From the NCBI RefSeq assembly GCF_037042905.1, contig NC_087263.1, positions 12,216,001 to 12,280,000 on the forward strand: a stretch of DNA of 64,000 bases, read 5' to 3'. The translations under genes were made by a program, and so were the position numbers. Each line of letters opens with the position of its first letter. Position 1 is the first letter of the stretch. This document shows, in pieces, positions 53,333-62,300 of this stretch. The DNA comes from Lytechinus pictus (lineage: Eukaryota). Below the pieces are notes generated by a model. That model did no database searches and had not been told where the DNA came from. It worked only from the letters and a program-made list of their open reading frames with translations.

Positions 53333-56300
53333 GTGTGTATCATCCTCACTCTCCTTCTCTTCCTCCTCTTTCTCTCCCTCCCATCTTGCCCCCCCCCTTT
53401 CTCTCTCTCTCTCTCCCTTGCCCCTCTCTCTTACACCCTCAAGTCATTTTTCTACATGTACACTTTATTCCTATCTCAACTTGAATGACCCCTTATTTTT
53501 AACTCTAACCTTTTGACCTTCGACCTCTGACCGTTAGTTACATAGCCAAACATGTAGATTTGTATATTTTGTTATCATCCCATGAACATGTCATAACGTT
53601 TTTTGTCCATCAACTCCTGTTCGTTCGTCAGCAATCCTTGCATGGCATCGTGCGTCAAAAACTCATGCGAAAGACCCCTTCCATCTCAGATATCATCAAC
53701 GAATCAGATGAGGTAGGCCACATACTAACTAACTACTTCAGTCTTGTAAAACCAGGCACTTGTCTACCTTACATGTGTTAAAATAGATCTGGGCCCCGTC
53801 TCCGTCTTGCAAAGAGTTGCGATTGATCTTATCAATCACAACGATGGAAGGCCGGCAACGTCAACATCTATTATACATGTTTGTTCAAAATATTTTCTAA
53901 CGATGATGCATACATGTAGGCCTATTTATGCATTCATTGTTTTCTTGAAAGTTCACTGTGCTTCTCTCTTTTTTTTAAACATAGGACATAGTGCAGATTT
54001 TTTGTAGGAAAATTATGACACTGATGGATTTCCATAGAGTTACGATTGATTGGATCAGTTGTTAATCTTTGTAAGATGGGCCCAGGAGGGTGTTTCACAA
54101 AGATTGAAGTATGACTCAGGGGGTGTTGCAATAAAATATTTGCAATCAATTGCCAATTTCTGCTGCTAATCTACAATTGATATATCAATTGGAACTCTAC
54201 CAAATTTATTTATACTACTTGTCCTTTCTCCATTTGTTGCGTGATATAGAAACATGCCCAATCGTATCTGATACAGTAATAACAATAATAATATTCAACA
54301 TTTATATAGTGTTTGTAGTGCTGGATACTATTTTTTCCGATGCTACTTTTATTGGGCGGTCAAGCATTCAAGGAATTTCTTTCTACTGCGTATCCATTAT
54401 ACTTCATCAGATGGATGTTTCATAAAGCTGTTCGTAAGTTAAGAGCGACTCTAAAAAATGATTGGTGATCCTTTCTACGTGCTTAATAATCACCAATAAA
54501 CATATCATTTATCACAAGAAAGGATCACCAGTCATTCTTAAAGTCAATCTTAACTTGAATATGAACAGCTGCATGAAACGGCTTCCTGGGTGGAGAGTGG
54601 CAAATGTAGATAAACGCCTTGCCAATGGACACGAGTGCTGCGGTGGCCATGCCCTAAGAATATCAAAATTTAAGGCCTGCGAATGAGAGAGAAATTAATA
54701 TTCAAACATCAATTTAAAATGCAAGAATCTCGGCTGTAATTGATGCTTTTGTACGTGGGCTCTCTTGCTTATATAGCTATAATATAAGCAAATATTAATG
54801 AATATCAAACCAAAAAAATTGTAATAATTGTCCATTTCTCGTTTTTTTTTTAAAGACAAAGTGCCTGGTTTTACATGTATCAGTCTCATATCGATTCCCA
54901 ACCATTGACAGATTTGGATATGTTGTTTCTCAATTTATTTGTACTTTTTATTGATTTGTGTTATTTTTATTGAAAATAATCATAATTTTATTTACAGCGG
55001 TACATACATGTCCTCTTGATATAAAGAGAATGGTAATCTGTGCTGTTATAAAGGATTACAGATATTGATTTCTCTTTTCAAACAGTGAATTGAAAGAACT
55101 CTGTTAAATAATCAAGTAGTGTGTTAAAATTCTCTTGAATAATGTGATACAATATTAACCTTTTTAGAACCTTTAGAATGTTCTGTTCTTCAAAACTTTT
55201 TTATATCCAAATGCATTTTAGATATTTTTTCCACTTTAAACGTCACAATGTTTGATGCATCTCATGCTAATTCACATCCCTTTCGCGTCATTTTCTCTCT
55301 TTTTTTCATACATAATGATTTGTACATGTACGTGCAGTCAAAATAATGTTAGTTCAAAATTTGTTTGTTACACGACCTGTATCTGTATATTGCATCTAGG
55401 TTTCTTTTTCATTTGCATTAGATACATGATATACATTTATGTTGCAACCATTTTGTGCAAAAGAAAAAAAAAAGTACATTGTAGATATGAACGTTATACC
55501 AAAACACATCAACTGTTGCTTCATGCATGAATTTATTTTTAATCATTGAATTGTTATGAACGGTTTTTATAACCCATTGTCCATGTTATATATCTTCTTC
55601 CCGTGTTCCAGAAAATATTAGCTTCCATTTTCTACTACATGTGGTTGAATCCTTCTTATGTCTTTGATAAATATCCAAAATAAAAACTTTCAAGAAGTAA
55701 AGTTTAACCTCATAAAACTTCGTAGAACAAAAATGGGAATAGAATAAAATGTGATTGCTGAGAAATATGAATATTAAGCATGCATGTTTTATATGTCAAT
55801 AAATTCTACGAAAGGGGTTTAAGCAACATATTGACTGCCAAGTATTTTTAAAACGAAGAGAATATTTTTATTTCCTGAGCCTAGTAGATTAACCTCTTCA
55901 TATGAAATAAAAGAAAGAGTTTTTTCAGAGCTGGGTAGTTTGGAAAAGAAGTACCAAGTTTACTTTTGATGTATTTATTATTTTATTGATTGTTTGAATG
56001 AATGAAATGACATATTTTATGGTAATAATATTATAACGGTATCTCGTTTTCATTGATGTGAATTTTGAGAGAGTGCTCATACTGAGGCCAAGGCCCAGTC
56101 TTACAAAGAGTTACGATCGATACGATCAACCTCAACTATATGGAAATCCATCAACATCATCATTTTTTTCTTTAGTAAATTTGCACACTGTCCTTTGAAA
56201 ACAAAGAGAAGCATACTGAATTGTCAAGAAAACAGTGAATGTATCAATATACATCATATCATATCTAGAAAATATTTTGAAGAAACGGGTACTTTAGATG

Positions 56301-59300
56301 TTGACGTTGCTGGCTTTCCGTAGTTATGATCGATTGGATCAATTGTAACTCTTTGTAAGACGGGTCCAGAAACACAAGGCTTAGCGATTAATCGTACAAT
56401 CGATGTGTATGCTTGATTGCACATTGTTATCAATGTAATCAATCACAGAAATCAGCACTCTGATCAATCGCAAAAGTTTTTGTCACTTGTGCCCTGATGT
56501 CATTTAAGCTTGCAAAGTTGGTTTGTAGTGATGAAATTTGAATGTTTTCTCATAAAAGTTGATTGTAAAAAAGTTAAAAATGCACCTAATCCAAAAACAG
56601 TTTTGAATTGGAAGTGAATTTCATTTGCACTCTGATTTTGCTAAAAGTGTGACTCACCCCTTGTCAATTTATGTGCAATATTTGTATAATAAAAGTAGTT
56701 CATGCTTTTAACACTCTTTAATGATGTAATAACATCAATGCTACATAATATTGAATTAAATTTTTTTTTTTTTGTGATATTGAAGCTAGCATAGAGTCAT
56801 AGAAAAAGAGAGCTTGCTGTTTTAATATAAAATGTAGGATCCTCAAATTAACTGCAAAATTGTTAGTAATAAGACAAAAATGTCTTTTTATAGATTCAAA
56901 ATTTTGCAAAGATCTGTACTGAACATTAGGCTACATCTCTTATATATGGATCCAGGGAGGCCAGGTGGTGTTCCATAAAGCTGTTTGTAAGTTATGAGTG
57001 ACTTTATAAACAACTGGTGATCCTTTCTAAGGCACTAAATTAACATCAATGACAATTTGGTGTACATCATTCTAATACCACAAGAAAGAATCACCAGTCA
57101 TTCTTAAATTTGCTTGTAACTTACAACTTTATGAAACACCCACCAGATTCCCACTGATAGTAATAGGCTTGCGCTGGTCCTACAAAGAAGTAATAATATC
57201 CTAGGAATTTGGTCAAATCATCTGGTAAACTGGCTTTTTTCATATTGTATTGGCAAATGATGGTATTAACAAAAATACAATCAGTTGGTAAAATGACTTT
57301 CCATGAATATATCGACAAATATAGAAAATCATGAAATGAATTAACTTGGTATTTTGGCTTTCCATAAGTATTTTGGTAAACGTTGGAAATCAAGAAATAT
57401 TTTCATTTGTTATATGATGGCTTTCCATAACTATATCGGCAAACAATTGAAATCAGGAAATAAAATCATTTGGTAAAATGGCTTTCCACGAGTATAATGG
57501 CAAACATTGCTAATCAAAAAATAAAACCATTTGGTAAAATGGCATTCCTTAAACATAGGAAATAAACAAATGAAATATGTTAAAATGGCTTTCCATATTA
57601 TGGCAAGCATTGATTATAATGTTTAGGTGTAACAGCCCCTTGAAAGAATACTTTTAATTGTTTATGCAATAAAAGCCTGTCCCTCTAACAAGTTGTTTAA
57701 ACTTTGAAACAAGTGTTCAGAATTTATTGGAATTGTTTGAACTTTTTGAACAGCTTATTTTATATTTTAAACAACCTGTTTTAAACTTTTAACAACTTGT
57801 TGAAACTGTAAACAACTTGTTTAAAACTTTAAGCAATATTTGTTGCAATGATGGTCTTAAACAACATGCTTAAAAATTTTAACAACCTTTTGACATTGTA
57901 CCCTGCTCTACCTCATTGGTTGGTCTACTCAATAATAGTAAATTATACATTTTGCCATTAAACTTTTCAAGTGCTCTCATTAAATGCAGTCAAATTAAAA
58001 GTAGGCAAATCATAGATAGCTGCCAACAGAATAGATGTTAAAGTTTTCTATCGGCAGGACTAGCTAGACTTGTAGAAATGCAATGACAGGGAAATTCGCA
58101 TATACTGTAAGTCAGCCTTGCTGTAGTTGAATATTTTGTACCAAAGTCAAAGCAGTGTTTTTAGACCAGGAGCCCGTTTCGTTGAGATTTACAAGTATTG
58201 TAAATCTGCCTTTATTGTAACTTCAAGGAAACTTGAAGAACAGTCGTGTCCTCACCTACCAGTTTAACCATGCAAAGTGGTTTTGGTTTAACCATGCAAA
58301 TTAGTCTTGATTTTGAGGTGGCTTTCCAAACTAGTTTGGAAAACCACTTTATGAGATCGGTTCCAGCATTCCCATGACATGTTGAACTGGTTACCACAAT
58401 AAATTAGATTCATGAAGGTAGATGGGAACAGTGTCTTTGTAAACCCAAGATCGCTCTCTGTTGAGAAAGTACATGTATATGGTTATCCTTTCGTGTTTTC
58501 TCATAGACCTTTAAAGGAGAATGAAACTCTTGGAGCAAGTTAGCTTTTGTGAAAGCAAAAAAATCAAAGAATAAGATCAACAAAAGTTTGAGTAAAATAC
58601 GACTAGCAATAGAAGAGTTATGAGCATTTGAATGTCGAGATCACTAATGCTATGGAGATCCTCCCATTGGCAATGCGACCAAGATCTATGATGTCACAGA
58701 TGAACAACTCTCCCCTTTTAGACACTGAAAATATACCCCAAAACATCTCTTTTTGCTCATTCTCATTCTCATCATATGACAAATGATTCATCAATGATAT
58801 AATGTTGTGAAACCTCTGTTCTCATAAAGAGAACACCTCACCTTGTGATAGACTCTATAAAAGTGAATATATAAGTGATAGAAGTACTAAAGTAATGAGG
58901 GAGTTGTATGTGTGTGACATCACAGATATTGGTCGCATTGCCAATGGGAGGATCTACATGGCATTAGTGATCTCAATATTCAAATGCTCATAACTTTCAT
59001 ATTATTCATTCAATCTTCCTCAAACTTTCAACAATATGTTTCTTTGATTTTTCTCTTTGATATGGATTCAGCTGGTTTCAAGGGTTTCATTCTCCTTTAA
59101 ACTTGCATTGAGTTGCAAAGTCACATGCACCAAAATGAATTGATCATTCATCATACAAGTTGTGTGTGATCATGGTTAAAAAATAACATCTTCTGACGTA
59201 GGAAAAAAAAAGATTATAAATATTCAAACTCTCTCAAAAGAATGTACATTTTTAGAATTATTGAATAAATTTTTAAGCGACTGAGGTATAGCCAACGGAT

Positions 59301-62300
59301 TAGACTTTTAAACCACTTTTATCAGCTGAAGTTTCCAAAATTGAGATTAATATTTTTTTTAACAACCATTTGTTGATCAAAATTTAGTCAAGGCTATTGA
59401 AAATACAGTTATAATTTTTTGTAAAGATGTCTTTGGAGGCATCATATCTGACCAGGCAAAAGTGCATTTCATTTTTGGAAGCTGCTTTTCAGAAGCTACT
59501 GCCTAATTCTGCTACATTGGATAAGCTTGAACATGGCCGTGAATGGGGATTTCCTTGGGCTCTTAAAAGGCAATTCCATACGTGTCGTACGGGACATTTC
59601 GAAAACGAATTCTAGTCTCTCAGCTGAATGCCTTGAGCAATAAATTACTTTTTTTGTCATTGATAAAGTTATAGTGGGTACTCACATGAAAAACTGACAA
59701 CCAAAAAAAAAATTTCATTATGGGGGAGTTCAAGGTGAACATGTGTATCGTACGCAAATCAGAAATGCCCTGTACGACACACAACATTTTCACCTCTAAT
59801 ACCTCGATCACATTTGCTCTACGGCAAGTCGAAAACAGCCGTTTTATTCATTTTTATTCAAACCACCTATATGTAACTGGTACAAAAATGTTCAAACGGC
59901 TGCTTTCGACTCGCCGTACGGCCGCCGTAGAGCAAATGTAACCGAGGTATTATTCTCCCATGGATGGCATACTTCTGTTGGTTGTTATTTTTTCACATGA
60001 CTTCCCACTAGTACTTCATTATTACCACAAAACAAATTGAAGTCCCTTGTTTGTTTGGACAGCAGGTTGAACAATGTTGTGAAAATAGTTGATTTTTTTA
60101 GCATGGAATTACCCATAATGCTTTTCCTTCCTGTATCTGACACTCACTACTTAGTTGTTTGTTAATTCATGTGTAACTTCACTTTGCTTCAAGTTATCAC
60201 AAAATGATAATTCTCATTTATTCTGACCATGGACCTATAGGTCCATGTTCTGACTGTTATTGCATTTTCACTTTATTTTCCCGTCTTATTTTTCTTTAGT
60301 CTAAGCGTAGAGCCAGTGTAGCAGCTGTGTTGGGCTTTGGAACATCTGCTGGTGCATCTGTGAGTATTTCACTTTTAAATTATCAAATCCTAATGTGTAC
60401 ATATAGACTACTCAAATCCACAAAAGAACTTCATACCATTAAGGGGTGTAAAACCTTCCATGTTTTTTTCTAGTGAAATATACTGAGCTGAAATTAATCG
60501 CACATTGATCATAAACTTTCATATAAAGGCCTGGTCCCACTGACCGACGGACACAAAACGTGTTCATAACGGATACACCGGACAAGCAAAATTTTGGGGT
60601 GGCTCCATCCGTTTTGATCCGCTCCAGACATTGAACAAAATGGGCGAACAATGAAATCACAGTGGACGGATGCTCGAAGTATTTAGAGCGTATGAAACGT
60701 GTATGCAAAGAGTACATGTACATAACGTTTTCCAACGGATGGCAAGATTCTTTTCCGTTTTACATCCTCTCTGCATCCCTTAGTGCAGTGGGACCAAGCC
60801 TTAAGATTGGAATATAAGGCTGGTGAATTGAGATTCTTTTATCAGGGATGTGTTTCAGAAAGACTGAAATATGACTAAAAATTTCACTTAAGAGTTTTTT
60901 TTTTTATAAACAAAAGAACATTTGTGTACACACCAAAATTAAAATTGAATGGGGGGAAGGGCCTCTATTCTGTTTTATGCTGTGTTGTATGACTCAATTA
61001 ATATGATGAATAAAACTGACAATATTGACAAAATACACTGAACTATTTTCCCCTGAAACCGAATGGAACAGTCCTTGGCAAAGAATCACAATCGTGCACA
61101 AAGTGTGCCCTTGGCTGTCAGTCTTAAGACCATTCCATTTTTCCAGGGGGTAAGTGTACCTCGTGGCATGATGGTCATGTGCATGTGTTTTCAAGCTGGA
61201 TTTATAAAAAATATTTTGAAAGCATGCCATCTGGATGAATTTATTTGAAGATTTTTTGAAAAAAATATGATTAGTATAATTCTTTGAATTAAGAATGTGC
61301 ATGCCTTATCTATCATATATATTTTCTTTTCTGTTTTTTTCTATATTTTGGAAGGTGATGCCACTTTTGGAAGTGGTTAAGTGTAATGTAATAATCATCA
61401 CTTTTTATACGTGTACCTTTTTTCAATCTTTGTTTGTTTTTCACGAGAGTGTGCTTTCTGCAATGTCATCTAAGTTTAGGCGTAATAAGAAAAGACTTGA
61501 GATTATAAACTGTAAGTAGTATAAGGATGCAAGCTTTCAAAACCTGATTTCTTTTTCAGGAAATTCAGGTTCAATAAAAAAAATGTCTGGTTCTTTCTAA
61601 ACCAGGTAATGAATTGAAACTTCTAAATGTGTAAATTTGATACTGTCTTTATTGATATTGATGTTTTTTCACCAATCAATATTTCTGTTTTCCGCTCTAA
61701 ATCACATTGTCACATGTTTTATATGTTTTTGTTTGTGTTTAGTGTTTATGTTTAAGCGCGCCTCACGCTCTACACTGCTATGTGATTTGATTTCAGTCAT
61801 AAATTGCAATAGCGTTAATTTTAAGCATTTTGAATAATGAAATCTGTTTGATACAAGTGCTGGGTGAATAAATATATGTGAATGTGTTGCAAAAAAAATA
61901 GTTTTATGCGAAATTAGCCATCAGGAGCTGTCACACGTGGATGATTTCTGAACAAGCGTTTAAAATCGTGACCAATTTTTCTGCGAAATTTGGCTTTGAC
62001 GTGGAAATTTCAAACTCCTCTTCTTGCTCATGCATGCATGAGCCTTTCATATGCGGTTTCATATTAAAGAAGAAAATCTAGATTTTATGATTACATAATC
62101 AAAATAACATGAATCCTTTGATAACTTTTGAAAACCTATTACCAGGGAAGCGTTTCATGAAAGGACTTGTCGGACGTTTTATCCGACAAGTCCAATTTTA
62201 TCTGACAGTTACCATAGTAACAGTACCTCTCAGCCAATCAACATCAGAGAAAGATGTCAGATCTGACAACTTGTCGGATGAAAATGTTGATGAAACACTC

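Noticed and set aside
61448..61512. Exon candidate SVLSAMSSKFRRNKKRLEIIN with GTAAGT donor
   Set aside because: Ends in phase 1, incompatible with the phase-0 exon at 63611, and no partner exon was found
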